Shown: positions 1 to 10,231, numbered from the stretch's first letter. The stretch is DNA of 64,000 bases from a virus (IMGVR_UViG_3300020477_001447:36744-100743); one strand, 5' to 3'. Made by a program: numbers and translations. Notes: generated by a model not told the origin, from the letters alone.

Positions 1-1
1 A

Positions 2-1165
2 TATCAGTTTGTAAGTTTTGGTGGAGCAATCAAACATCACGATTATAGACCTACGAGGACTGAAGAGTTTGGCGATGATTGGATTATATATCCAGTTGAT
101 GGTTATGGAGATCAAGATTCTATTAGATCGGTAATCTGGACAGAGAAGCCAGACGTTTTATGGTTTATGACAGACCCTAGGTTTTGGGGCTGGCTTTGGC
201 AGATTGAAAATGAGATTAGAGCAAACGTGCCGATGGTCTATTACCACGTTTGGGATAATAGGCCCTATCCTAATTTTAATAAAAGTTTCTACGACTCTAA
301 TGACAACATAGCGTGCATATCAAAGCTTACATATGAGGTTGTGCAAAATGTTTCACCGGATGTAGAATCGTCATACTTACCACACACTGTGAACACCGAA
401 ATCTTTAAAAAGCTCGATCCGGAGGTCATTGAACAATTCAGAGAAACTAGTATACCACTTGAATACGAGCCAAACCGGGACAGAGTTTTGTTTTTTTGGA
501 ACAATCGAAATGCTAGAAGGAAACAGTCTGGCACTGTAGTCTGGTGGTTTAAAGAATTTCTAGACATTGTTGGTCACAATAATGCTGCGCTTATAATGCA
601 CACAGAAACTGACGATGTACATGGTCAAGACTTGGAAGCTATTTCCCGCGAGCTTGGGTTAAACAATGGTCAGTTGGTTTTCTCCAGACAAAAGGTGCCA
701 GCAGAAAACTTAGCCTTGGCTTACAACATGTGTGATTGTACTATTAATATTGCCGATGCGGAAGGTTTTGGTTTAGCGACTTTAGAGTCTTTAGCCTGCG
801 AAGTGCCAATTATTGTGACAATGACTGGTGGCCTACAGGAGCAAGTTACTGACGGAGAGAACTGGTTTGGTTTTGGTCTTGAGCCTGCAGCAAAAGCTAT
901 AATTGGCTCCCAGGAGGTGCCATACATCTATGAAGATCGTGTATCAAAAGAGGACTTTTTAGATGCAATGGTTAAGTTTTATAATATGACTAAAGAAGAA
1001 AGAGCGAAAATGGGTGCTGCTGGTAGAAATCACGTACTAACAAATTATTCTTTTGAAAAATATAGAACCAATTGGGACAACCTTTTTACCAAAGTGCATG
1101 AGGAATGTGGCTCCTGGGCTACGCGAAAGAATTACCAGTCTTGGGAGATGAAGGAAATAAAATGA
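2..1165 (+). CDS. GT4 (GT-B) glycosyltransferase, 5'-truncated by the window edge
   Basis: The frame is open from position 2 (YQFVSFGGAIKHH...KPDVLWFMTDPR), so the true start is upstream. Has the GT4 motif EGFGLATLESLACEVPII, NRNARRK and a C-terminal MGAAGRNHVLTNYSF. Confidence 0.9.
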   Translation, partial: YQFVSFGGAIKHHDYRPTRTEEFGDDWIIYPVDGYGDQDSIRSVIWTEKPDVLWFMTDPRFWGWLWQIENEIRANVPMVYYHVWDNRPYPNFNKSFYDSNDNIACISKLTYEVVQNVSPDVESSYLPHTVNTEIFKKLDPEVIEQFRETSIPLEYEPNRDRVLFFWNNRNARRKQSGTVVWWFKEFLDIVGHNNAALIMHTETDDVHGQDLEAISRELGLNNGQLVFSRQKVPAENLALAYNMCDCTINIADAEGFGLATLESLACEVPIIVTMTGGLQEQVTDGENWFGFGLEPAAKAIIGSQEVPYIYEDRVSKEDFLDAMVKFYNMTKEERAKMGAAGRNHVLTNYSFEKYRTNWDNLFTKVHEECGSWATRKNYQSWEMKEIK

Positions 1166-3246
1166 GAAAAAAGATATTAGTTAAAGGCCCAGCCTTATCT
1201 CGTTCTGGGTATGGAGAGCAAACACGGTTTGCACTACGCTCCCTTCGCAGTCAAGAAGAAAAATATGATATTTATCTACAAAATATTCCGTGGGGTCAAA
1301 CTGGGTGGATTTTTGATGATAACGAAGAGCGCACTTGGATTGATGCTTGTTTGGCTAAAAGTGTAGAATATGTTGCAGCAGGCGGCAAGTTCGACATGTC
1401 ATTACAGGTTACAATACCAAATGAGTGGGAAAAATTAGCACCAGTGAACATAGGATATACTGCCGGGATAGAAACAAATCAAATTTCACCAGCATGGATT
1501 GAAAAGACTGAAGTAGTTGATAAGATCATAACAATTTCAGAACACTCTAAGGATGGATTCCTAAACACAGTATATGATGTACAAAATAAAGAAACTGGCC
1601 AAGTAGTAAAGGGTTACAGGTGTGAAACACCAGTAGAGGTGGTACACTATCCAGTACGAAACGTTAAGCCGGCGAAACTAGATCTAGAACTAGAAAATGA
1701 TTTTAACTTTTTAGTTTTAGCTCAGTGGGGTGTTAGAAAAAACCTAGAAAATACAATACGTTGGTTTGTTGAAGAGTTTATTGATAGAGATGTTGGCTTG
1801 GTTATTAAGACTAATGCCGCAAATGACTCTATTATGGACAGAGACCACTGCGAAAAAAGATTACAAGAGCTTTTGAGTGAGTATGAAAATAGGCAGTGCA
1901 AGGTTTATATGATCCACGGCACAATGAAAGAAGATGAGCTGGCTGGTCTTTACAATCATCCTAAAATAAAAGCACTAATATCACTGACGCACGGTGAAGG
2001 CTACGGCTTGCCAATTTTTGAAGCCGCGTATTATGGTCTTCCAGTTATAACCGCTGGTTGGTCCGGACACGTTGATTTCTTATCAGCTCCGGTTAAAGAG
2101 AAGAACAAAAAAGTTAAAGTTAAGCCACTTTATGCAAAGGTAGACTTTGATGTAAAACGTATTCAAAAAGAAGCTCGCTGGGAAGGTGTTATTGAGAAAA
2201 GGTCTGAATGGTGTTACCCGCGAGAAGGCAGCGCAAAGATGCGCATGCGCGAGGTTTATAAAAGTCATGGAAGATTTAAGAGCAATGCACGAAAACTACA
2301 ATCGTGGATCTTAGAAAATTTCACAGAAGAACAGAAGTATGAGCAATTTGCTAATGCTGTTTGTGACGAGAAGATTGATTTAGACTGTGATTATGTTTTT
2401 GTTAGTGACAGATTTGCTGATCAGGCCCCTGGCGGCGCAGAGTTAAGTTTTCAGGCTGTTATAGATACAGCCCCCGGAAAACATCTAAAACTAAACGCCT
2501 CAGATGTTAGTGAAAGCTTAATAGATACATTAAAAGATAAAACTTGGATTTTCTCTAATTTTACAGCGATGGATAAATCCCTCGTTCCAAAGATCGCAGA
2601 AAACCTGAAGTATTACTTTATAGAATCAGATTATAAATACTGTGAACATAGATTACCACAGCTGTGTCAGATCTTCAATGGTGGAGAGGACTGCGTTTGT
2701 GTCGAAAAGGACTCAGGTCAGTTGATTAAATTGTTCTGTGATAACGCACAGTTGTTGTTTTTCCGTTCCGAGAACCAACGCGCACATCACTTAAGTGCTC
2801 TGGATCTAAAAAAGAAGGACACTAGGATCATGTCTGCGGTCTTTACGGACGATGTATTAAATTATATTCAAGCATTGCGCAAGGAATTTCTTAATAAGAA
2901 AGTAGATGTGTGGGTTGTCAGTTCTTCGCCTTCGTGGGTTAAGGGACATCAGGCTTCGAAGAAGTGGTGTGAAGAAAACAACAAACAAGTATTTGAGCTA
3001 CATGGTAAGTCTTATAAGGAATCCCTTGCTTGTTTAGCACAGGCCCGCGGCCTCTGCGCACTCCCGCCAGGGTATGATACTTGTCCACGAATGGTTATTG
3101 AAGCGAAGTTGTTGGGTTGTGAACTGCAGTTAAACGAGAACGTTTTGCATGCTGATGAAAAGTGGTTCGCTACAGATGACATTGAAGCAATAGAAGCACA
3201 CTTAAGATCAGTGGTGCCAACATTCTGGAAGGAAGTTTCAGTTTAA
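1162..3246 (+). CDS. Two-module glycosyltransferase (GT4 + second GT-B-like module)
   Basis: Likely ATG at 1162 overlaps the upstream stop. N-module: SRSGYG, RKNLENTI, HGEGYGLPIFEAAYYGLPVI. C-module: GGAELS and DTCPRMVIEAKLLGC. Confidence 0.8.
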   Translation: MRKKILVKGPALSRSGYGEQTRFALRSLRSQEEKYDIYLQNIPWGQTGWIFDDNEERTWIDACLAKSVEYVAAGGKFDMSLQVTIPNEWEKLAPVNIGYTAGIETNQISPAWIEKTEVVDKIITISEHSKDGFLNTVYDVQNKETGQVVKGYRCETPVEVVHYPVRNVKPAKLDLELENDFNFLVLAQWGVRKNLENTIRWFVEEFIDRDVGLVIKTNAANDSIMDRDHCEKRLQELLSEYENRQCKVYMIHGTMKEDELAGLYNHPKIKALISLTHGEGYGLPIFEAAYYGLPVITAGWSGHVDFLSAPVKEKNKKVKVKPLYAKVDFDVKRIQKEARWEGVIEKRSEWCYPREGSAKMRMREVYKSHGRFKSNARKLQSWILENFTEEQKYEQFANAVCDEKIDLDCDYVFVSDRFADQAPGGAELSFQAVIDTAPGKHLKLNASDVSESLIDTLKDKTWIFSNFTAMDKSLVPKIAENLKYYFIESDYKYCEHRLPQLCQIFNGGEDCVCVEKDSGQLIKLFCDNAQLLFFRSENQRAHHLSALDLKKKDTRIMSAVFTDDVLNYIQALRKEFLNKKVDVWVVSSSPSWVKGHQASKKWCEENNKQVFELHGKSYKESLACLAQARGLCALPPGYDTCPRMVIEAKLLGCELQLNENVLHADEKWFATDDIEAIEAHLRSVVPTFWKEVSV

Positions 3247-3247
3247 T

Positions 3248-4000
3248 ATGACAGATCCTCATTTTAAAATTGTTACATCGATGTACAATGTTGAAAGCTG
3301 GATCAAAAGAACAGCGTTGAGCGTCAAGAATCAAAATTATACAAACTTTCAATGTGTGTTTGTTGATGACGCCTCCACTGACAAAACTGTTGAGATCTTA
3401 GAGGAGCTTGTTGGGGACGATGACAGATTCGCAATTCTTAAGAATTCGGATAAGAAATATTCCCTAGGAAGAATATACGAGGGTATAGAACACGCTAAGC
3501 CACAAGATGAAGATATTATTCTCAGTGTAGACGGGGATGACTGGTTAGCAACAAAGAACGTTTTAACTTACCTTAAGGACTTCTACGAGAAGGAACAATG
3601 CTGGATGACCTACGGAAGCTACATGGAGTTTCCAACTGGTATGAAGGGAATTGAAGCTTCTGCCTACTCTCCTGCGGTTATTCAAAGTAACACATATCGT
3701 ACTGATCGTTGGCGAGCATCCCATTTAAGAACATTTAAATACAAGCTTTGGAAGAATATCAAGAAAGAAGATCTCTTAGATTGGAATGGGGATTTCTTTA
3801 AAACAACTATTGACAAAGCATTTATGTACCCTATGTTAGAGATGTCGGGTGACCGCGCCAAGTATATCGATGAGATACTTTATGTGTATAACTTGACCAA
3901 TCCGCTTAATGTCCACAAAGCGCGCAGAGATCTGCAATTAAAAACAAATGATTATTTGAGAGGTAAAAAGGCATATGACCGCAAAGACGTACTGCATTAA
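3248..4000 (+). CDS. GT2 (GT-A) glycosyltransferase
   Basis: IVTSMYNVESWI, FVDDASTDKT, DxD motif VDGDDWL. Confidence 0.9.
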   Translation: MTDPHFKIVTSMYNVESWIKRTALSVKNQNYTNFQCVFVDDASTDKTVEILEELVGDDDRFAILKNSDKKYSLGRIYEGIEHAKPQDEDIILSVDGDDWLATKNVLTYLKDFYEKEQCWMTYGSYMEFPTGMKGIEASAYSPAVIQSNTYRTDRWRASHLRTFKYKLWKNIKKEDLLDWNGDFFKTTIDKAFMYPMLEMSGDRAKYIDEILYVYNLTNPLNVHKARRDLQLKTNDYLRGKKAYDRKDVLH

Positions 4001-4595
4001 AGAAGGATATGTTACGAGAGACGAATATATCCAGAATATACAAATAGGATCTGGAGACAAGTTTCAAGATCGAGTATACGCAAAGGCTCGCGAAGTTTGT
4101 GAGCGCAATAACTGCATGACTGTTTTAGATATTGGATGCGGATCTGGCTATAAACTGATAAAATATTTTAGTGATAAAATTTTTTTAGGATTAGAACTAG
4201 AGCCAAACTTAAGTTGGCTCAAAGAAACTTACCCACACTATCACTTTCAACTCTCTGACTTCGACAACCCTCCCGGTGGTCGTTTTGATTTGGTTATTTG
4301 CTCTGATGTTATTGAACACCTTTTAGATCCGGATCAATTATTAGAGTTTGTACAAAAATTAAATTTTGGTACGTTTGTAGTTTCCACTCCGGAGAGGGAT
4401 AACATGCAGTTATTACAAAAAGGATTTACCTGGGATGGACCTCCTCATAACCAGTATCACGTTAGAGAGTGGACAGAGGATGAATTTGAACAGTACATTT
4501 CTGAAACATTTAACATACAAGAACAAGTATTAACAAAAGGCGAAGAGGTCAGCACAGTAAATGAATGTCAGATCGTTGTTGCAACTAGAAAATGA
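3975..4595 (+). CDS. Class I SAM-dependent methyltransferase
   Basis: VLDIGCGSG (motif I), FDLVICSDVIEHL, VSTP, HVREW. Confidence 0.9.
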   Translation: MTAKTYCIKEGYVTRDEYIQNIQIGSGDKFQDRVYAKAREVCERNNCMTVLDIGCGSGYKLIKYFSDKIFLGLELEPNLSWLKETYPHYHFQLSDFDNPPGGRFDLVICSDVIEHLLDPDQLLEFVQKLNFGTFVVSTPERDNMQLLQKGFTWDGPPHNQYHVREWTEDEFEQYISETFNIQEQVLTKGEEVSTVNECQIVVATRK

Positions 4596-5500
4596 AAATC
4601 TTTTTAGATAATGTAAATCTGAATTCAACTAGTGGGCCAAACCACTTTGGTACAAAACTAAACAAGTATATTAGTCGTCTTGGTGCGACTTGCACAACTA
4701 ATCTTGATGAATCAAGTTTGGATGTACAGCTGTCATTTATTGAATCAATTCAAAATTCTAATTTGCCATTAGTTCAAAGATTAGATGGTATCTATTTTGA
4801 TATTGATACTGATAACAAACTCATGAATTCAAATTTACAGAAAACATACGAGAATTCTGCAGGTGTTATATTCCAGTCTGAATACTGCAGAGACTTATGT
4901 TTTAAATATTTAGGTGCGCATGATAACCATACTGTCATTCATAATGGCGCAGACTATGAGTTGATTGATGAGATAGAACCTCTTCAAGATTCGCTCCTTG
5001 ATAAGTTTGATACAGTTTGGACCTGTGCCAGCCGTTGGCGACCTTGGAAGCGATTAAGGCAAAATGTTGAATATTTTATTAATTTTTCTGGAGAGAACGA
5101 TTGCTTAGTAGTTGCCGGTAACCCCCCCGACGATGAGGTGGTAAAGCACAACAGAGTGTTCTATGTGGGGCGCTTACCTGTTGACATACTGTTTTCTTTA
5201 TATAAGAGGTCTAAGTATTTTATACACTTAGCAAGATATGACGCTTGTCCAAACGTTGTTGTTGACGCAAGAGCTAGTGGGTGTCAGATTATTTGTTCTT
5301 CGCTGGCTGGAACTAAAGAGGTCGCCGGCCCAAATGCTTTGGTAGTTGAAGATGTGCCGTGGGACTTAGAGCCCGTCAGCACATCACGAATACCAGATAT
5401 TAAGTTTGATAATGTAACAAAGAACACATACAATACAAATATTGATATGACCTTTGTTGCAAAAAATTACTTAAACTTTTTACAAAAAACTTTACAATAG
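4592..5500 (+). CDS. GT4 glycosyltransferase
   Basis: QRLDGIY, VIHNG, WRPWKRL, DACPNVVVDARASGC..I (GT-B donor-binding motif variant). Confidence 0.8.
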   Translation: MKIFLDNVNLNSTSGPNHFGTKLNKYISRLGATCTTNLDESSLDVQLSFIESIQNSNLPLVQRLDGIYFDIDTDNKLMNSNLQKTYENSAGVIFQSEYCRDLCFKYLGAHDNHTVIHNGADYELIDEIEPLQDSLLDKFDTVWTCASRWRPWKRLRQNVEYFINFSGENDCLVVAGNPPDDEVVKHNRVFYVGRLPVDILFSLYKRSKYFIHLARYDACPNVVVDARASGCQIICSSLAGTKEVAGPNALVVEDVPWDLEPVSTSRIPDIKFDNVTKNTYNTNIDMTFVAKNYLNFLQKTLQ

Positions 5501-5507
5501 GATTATT

Positions 5508-6356
5508 ATGTTACTACAAAAACAAGTTGATAAATTTATCATGAATTTGAATGTCGCTGATGGCGGCATTTCTAATGTTCTCTATCACGTTGGTGAGAGA
5601 GAATTGGCATTTATGTCTCTTTTGCGCGAAACCGTTGAAGAGGGAATGACATGCGTGGACCTAGGAAGCAATATTGGTTATACAACCCTTTTTATGCTAG
5701 ACAAGGTGGGTGAAACGGGCAGGGTGTATGCTATTGAACCCGATCCAAACAACCTAGGGCTTCTGCAAAGCAACATACGCCAAAATAATTACACCTCTAT
5801 ATGCGAGGTTACGCAGTGTGCAATATCAGATACAGATGGTCAGTTAGATTTCTGGCAGGCTAGTGCTCCAAACTTGAGCAGTATTACTAAGCACAAGAAC
5901 AGCACCCATAAGATTACAGTTGATTCATTCTGTCTTAACACTTTCTTATCTAGTCGTGAATATCCAAACTTTCTTAAGATGGATGTTGAAGGCGGGGAAG
6001 TTAAGATCTTTGAAGGAGGTTTAGACTATTTTACCAAAAATAGAGGTACAACTCATTTCTTGGTGGAGGTCCACCCAGCAACTTATAATGAAGAGAATGA
6101 TTTTGAAGCAATCCTAAAAAAGTATTTCGAAATAGGATTTAGCCCAAAGTATGTTGTAACAACTCCAGTTCCGCAACCTACCTTGTTCGCAGAGGCCGGA
6201 TACACACCTGCCCGTACTGTAGAAACAGATGGATTTCATCGTGGAGTATATGACGATATATCAAATGAGCACTTGTTAGAGTTTGCCTGCAGGGAGCACC
6301 AAGAGGGTCGCAGTAAGAAGATCGTTAGAAGTTTCATGCTTTCACGCGAGGAATAG
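5508..6356 (+). CDS. FkbM-family methyltransferase (likely glycan O-methylation)
   Basis: VDLGSNIGYTT, VYAIEPDP, LKMDVEGGE. Confidence 0.9.
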   Translation: MLLQKQVDKFIMNLNVADGGISNVLYHVGERELAFMSLLRETVEEGMTCVDLGSNIGYTTLFMLDKVGETGRVYAIEPDPNNLGLLQSNIRQNNYTSICEVTQCAISDTDGQLDFWQASAPNLSSITKHKNSTHKITVDSFCLNTFLSSREYPNFLKMDVEGGEVKIFEGGLDYFTKNRGTTHFLVEVHPATYNEENDFEAILKKYFEIGFSPKYVVTTPVPQPTLFAEAGYTPARTVETDGFHRGVYDDISNEHLLEFACREHQEGRSKKIVRSFMLSREE

Positions 6357-6362
6357 CTTTAA

Positions 6363-7055
6363 ATGTATTTTGAAAAAGGCTTGAATGATTTTGGTATTGT
6401 TCTGAAGGGGGCTAGTGTAGCGAGGTTACCAAAGATAGTTGATAACTATCAAGATTGCTACATGGTTAATAATTTTGATCGCAATGCGGACAACAATGAC
6501 TCTGAGTGGACCTTAGTAGCCCCCTTGCTCTCTGGTAAGAACGTTGCTCATTTTGTCAATAGACTAGAGACAGCACCGCTTTTAAAAGAACATTATGAAG
6601 AATTAAATATTAAGCACATTCAATTTACAAAAACCCAACTAGATCAGCGCCTATCCGACATGAAAGGTTTGTACGAAAGTTATAACCTAACCTGTCACAC
6701 ACTCCCAGAGGAACTGTTAGAATATAACAGTTTCTTTACGGACAAATACTATATGCGACCCGGGGACTCCAACTACGCGGAGAAGCATCCAAATACTGGT
6801 GTACTATCAATTATTTACGCAGCTCATATTTTAAAACCTAAAAACTTATGGATAGCTGGTTTAGATTTTTATCAAAACGATTATCTTTTCCGACGACCGT
6901 GGATTGCACCATTGAAAAATCAGCAGTTAAAAATGAGAAATACTCAAATGGTAGAACATTTTGTAGAGGTAATAAAAAAGCATCCAGACATCAATTTTAA
7001 AATGATTACAAATGCGAATCTGCCTCCATTGCAAAATTTGGAGATTATAGAATGA
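6363..7055 (+). CDS. Sialyltransferase-like protein (GT42/Cst-II or Maf-like fold)
   Basis: N-terminal IVLKGAS...MVNNF and PNTGVLSIIYAAHILKPKNLWIAGLDFYQ resemble the Cst-II-type TSG..ma..lG.keIYl.GiDFY segment. Lies next to neuA/neuB. Confidence 0.6.
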   Translation: MYFEKGLNDFGIVLKGASVARLPKIVDNYQDCYMVNNFDRNADNNDSEWTLVAPLLSGKNVAHFVNRLETAPLLKEHYEELNIKHIQFTKTQLDQRLSDMKGLYESYNLTCHTLPEELLEYNSFFTDKYYMRPGDSNYAEKHPNTGVLSIIYAAHILKPKNLWIAGLDFYQNDYLFRRPWIAPLKNQQLKMRNTQMVEHFVEVIKKHPDINFKMITNANLPPLQNLEIIE

Positions 7056-7828
7056 CAATTCAAAATTTTTTAGAAAAGATTAAGCCGAATAAAGAATACA
7101 ATGATTATCTTAGTGGTAAGCGGGTGGCGATTGTCGGCCCATCAAAACATATGTTGGCTTATGATGCCGGCACCTTAATTGATGATTATGATGTGGTTAT
7201 TCGAATGAAGTGGGTAGATATCCTACCTTTGGCAGAACACTGTGATGGAAAATATGTCAAGCATGTTGGCAGCAAGACAGACGTTGTTTATGGCAACAGG
7301 TTCTTAATTGTCAACAATATGATGCAGGAGTATTTGGAATACTTTAAAAAATCAGGCATTGATCATTATAGGATCCCTGATAATAAAATTTCAAATCACT
7401 TCTTTTCGAAAGACTTAGCTTGCGGAACAACATATACAGAGTATTCTTGCGGAGAGTTTGGTGTACAATACCAGCAATCACTAGGAACTTCAGATACAAG
7501 ATATTGGCCGCAAACAGGAACAGTAGCGATCATGGAAGCAATTGCTAGTGATGCCGCCGAGGTTTTTATTAGTGGCATAACAATGTATCATGGCGGGGGT
7601 CACATTTTTCAAAAGAATAAAAACCCAACTCACAATCAACCGATAGTTGGAAAACATCACGGCGTGCTAGAATTATCAATGTTGATAGATTGTTTTGATC
7701 TGCCAGAAAATCAGGGGAGAATAAGGGTTGATGAATTTTTGTACAATATTATGAACTTTCATAAGCAAGGCACCCCAACAAAAGAGATTACAAAGATTAT
7801 AAATAAGCGTGTAAATGATTTGGTATGA
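7052..7828 (+). CDS. GT29-like sialyltransferase
   Basis: Sialylmotif-L-like KRVAIVGPS...IDDYDVVIRM, motif-S-like PQTGTVAIMEAI...VFISGITMY, VS-like HHGVLE (HxxxxE). Confidence 0.7.
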   Translation: MTIQNFLEKIKPNKEYNDYLSGKRVAIVGPSKHMLAYDAGTLIDDYDVVIRMKWVDILPLAEHCDGKYVKHVGSKTDVVYGNRFLIVNNMMQEYLEYFKKSGIDHYRIPDNKISNHFFSKDLACGTTYTEYSCGEFGVQYQQSLGTSDTRYWPQTGTVAIMEAIASDAAEVFISGITMYHGGGHIFQKNKNPTHNQPIVGKHHGVLELSMLIDCFDLPENQGRIRVDEFLYNIMNFHKQGTPTKEITKIINKRVNDLV

Positions 7829-8502
7829 TAGGCAACAAAAAAGTTTTAGCAGTCACCCTCGCCCGCGGTGGCTCGAAAAAGATTCCAAGAAAAAACATAA
7901 TAGATATTAATGGAAAGCCTCTGTTGGGCTACACAACAGAAGTAGTACAAAAAAGCAAGTATGTTGATGCGCATATCGTGTCGACAGATGATACAGAAAT
8001 ATCTATTGTAGCACAATTGTGTGGAGCCTCAGTACATATGAGAGATCCATCTTTAGCCTTAGACACTACAACTTCTGCTGCAGCACTTTTAGATGTGGCA
8101 AAAAAACATCCAGATTACGACTATGTGGTTGAAGTAATGGCAACAAATCCATTAAAAACCACAGAAGACCTTGACAACGTAATAAAAAAGCTTTATGATA
8201 CTGGTGCAGACTCTGTTGTGTCGGTGGTTAGAATATGGGACCAGCACCCTTCTAGAGTTAAATATATTAAGGACGATAAGCTAATGGACTTTTATCCAGA
8301 AATACCAGAGTCCCGCCGGCAGGATTTGACACCAGCAGCGTATGTTCGCAATGGCAGTATCTATGCAACAACTATGAAATCATTTTTGGAGCACAAAGTT
8401 CGTTTAGGTCCGGACACGCGACCACATATTATGTCAGAAGAGAACACAATTAACATTGATGAGCCTAGGGATTTAGAATTAGCGAGAATTTTATTAAAAT
8501 GA
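7825..8502 (+). CDS. neuA: Acylneuraminate (CMP-nonulosonate) cytidylyltransferase
   Basis: LARGGSKKIPRKNI...GKPL, VSTDD, TNPL, RRQDL, NGSIY, INIDEPRD. Confidence 0.93.
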   Translation: MIGNKKVLAVTLARGGSKKIPRKNIIDINGKPLLGYTTEVVQKSKYVDAHIVSTDDTEISIVAQLCGASVHMRDPSLALDTTTSAAALLDVAKKHPDYDYVVEVMATNPLKTTEDLDNVIKKLYDTGADSVVSVVRIWDQHPSRVKYIKDDKLMDFYPEIPESRRQDLTPAAYVRNGSIYATTMKSFLEHKVRLGPDTRPHIMSEENTINIDEPRDLELARILLK

Positions 8503-9431
8503 AAATTATATGCATAACTCCAATCACAGACACGATGATGGAAAACCTCCAGAGCCGCGGCAGCGTAACATATTGTCCAAATATTAACAAAAACGACCTG
8601 TCAGTTGCTCTACAAGAGGGTTATGACGTAATCTTTACCAACCCTAACAAGCAGGGGTTTATGCTCGATAAAGAGCTTCTGGGGCCCTCTAGCGTGTCTG
8701 TTATATGTACAGCATCCACTGGGACGAACCATATTGACAAAAAATACTGCGAAAGTAACGATATTACTGTGCTTTCCATAACGACTGATTATCACTTACT
8801 CAGGAAAATTACATCTACAGCTGAGCACTCTTTTGGGCTTATGTTATCGTTATTGAGAAATGTCCCCCGCGCACAGCAGTCTGTATTAGATGGTGGCTGG
8901 AACTGGGAGCCCTTTTTGGGCCGACAAATTAATTCATTAAAAGTTGGAATTGTTGGCTTTGGCCGCCTAGGCGAAATGATGGCTCACTACTGTGACTCAT
9001 TCGGCGCCGGCGTTTATATACATGATCCTTATAAGAGTTCTAAATTTAGATATATGCAGTCTCAGTCGTTGGAATCTTTGTTTAAAACATGCGACGTTGT
9101 TTCTTTACATGTACATGTCACAGATGAGACGCGACATTTTATTAACAAAGAGCTATTGCAAAATATAACATCTCCTGTATACTTGATTAACACCTCTCGC
9201 GGAGAAGTTGTTGATGAAAAAGATATTGTATCTATGTTAGAATCAGGTAAACTAGCCGGCTATGCTACAGATGTTGTTGAAAACGAATTTGACAATATTA
9301 ACGATAGCCCGATCATCCAACGAATGGATGATCTAAACATCATTGTAACTCCACATATTGGTGGAATGACTAGTGACGCAAGAGAGTTGGCTTATAATGG
9401 AGCGATTAACAAATTGGAGAATTTAACATGA
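8499..9431 (+). CDS. D-isomer-specific 2-hydroxyacid dehydrogenase
   Basis: STGTNHID, TAEH, GIVGFGRLG (Rossmann fold), SLHV, LINTSRGEVVDE, TPHIGG. Confidence 0.92.
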   Translation: MKIICITPITDTMMENLQSRGSVTYCPNINKNDLSVALQEGYDVIFTNPNKQGFMLDKELLGPSSVSVICTASTGTNHIDKKYCESNDITVLSITTDYHLLRKITSTAEHSFGLMLSLLRNVPRAQQSVLDGGWNWEPFLGRQINSLKVGIVGFGRLGEMMAHYCDSFGAGVYIHDPYKSSKFRYMQSQSLESLFKTCDVVSLHVHVTDETRHFINKELLQNITSPVYLINTSRGEVVDEKDIVSMLESGKLAGYATDVVENEFDNINDSPIIQRMDDLNIIVTPHIGGMTSDARELAYNGAINKLENLT

Positions 9432-10231
9432 CAGAAATTATTGCTGAAATTGGTTGGAACCATATGGGAGATTTAGAACTAGCAGAAACTATGATCCGCG
9501 CCGCTGCAGAAAATGGTGCGACGTATGCTAAGTTTCAAACTTGGTCTGTTTCGAGACTAAAAGATGGTGAGTGGAATCTAGATGGCCGTCGCCAAATCTA
9601 CGAGAATGCAGAGCTGTCTGCAGACGACCATGTTAGTTTGATTAACCTTTGCGATAAGCATGGGATTAAATTTCTATCTTCAGTATTTAGCGTGCCTGAT
9701 GCGGAGTTGTTAGTCGGTTTAAACCAAACTCATGCTGTTAAAATTCCAAGCTTTGAGTGTAGGAACGTCGAGCTAGTTGATTATTGTAATGAGCACTTTG
9801 AGAAGGTTTATATGTCCACAGGTACATCAAAGTGGGCAGAGTTGAGGGAGATGGTACCTAGGATTAATAAAGCTGAGCTTGTTTTACTTCATTGTGTATC
9901 ATCCTACCCATGTGAGCCAAACATGGCAAACATTTCAAAGTTGACAGATTTGAAGGAACTGTGTCCACGAATTGGCTATAGCGATCATATTATGGGTGTT
10001 GAGTCTGCAAAGGTTGCTTTGGCTTATGGTTTGAATGTAGTTGAGAAACACTTTACAGTAGACCATGATCTTCCAGGCAGGGATAATAAATTTGCGATAT
10101 TGCCCGAGGAGTTAGGTGATTTGTCAAGTTTTATTAAGCTGGTTGACCAGATGCATGAGTATCATGGTCTAGACTATCAGCCGGCTGAAGAGGGTGCAAG
10201 AAATGAATACTCAGGTAGGTTCAATGGCTGA
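9428..10231 (+). CDS. neuB: NeuB-family (PEP-dependent) nonulosonate synthase, short form without the C-terminal SAF/AFP domain
   Basis: IIAEIGWNHMGD, AKFQ, KIPS, MSTG, LLHCVSSYP, IGYSDH, VEKHFT; only 267 aa. Confidence 0.9.
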   Translation: MTEIIAEIGWNHMGDLELAETMIRAAAENGATYAKFQTWSVSRLKDGEWNLDGRRQIYENAELSADDHVSLINLCDKHGIKFLSSVFSVPDAELLVGLNQTHAVKIPSFECRNVELVDYCNEHFEKVYMSTGTSKWAELREMVPRINKAELVLLHCVSSYPCEPNMANISKLTDLKELCPRIGYSDHIMGVESAKVALAYGLNVVEKHFTVDHDLPGRDNKFAILPEELGDLSSFIKLVDQMHEYHGLDYQPAEEGARNEYSGRFNG

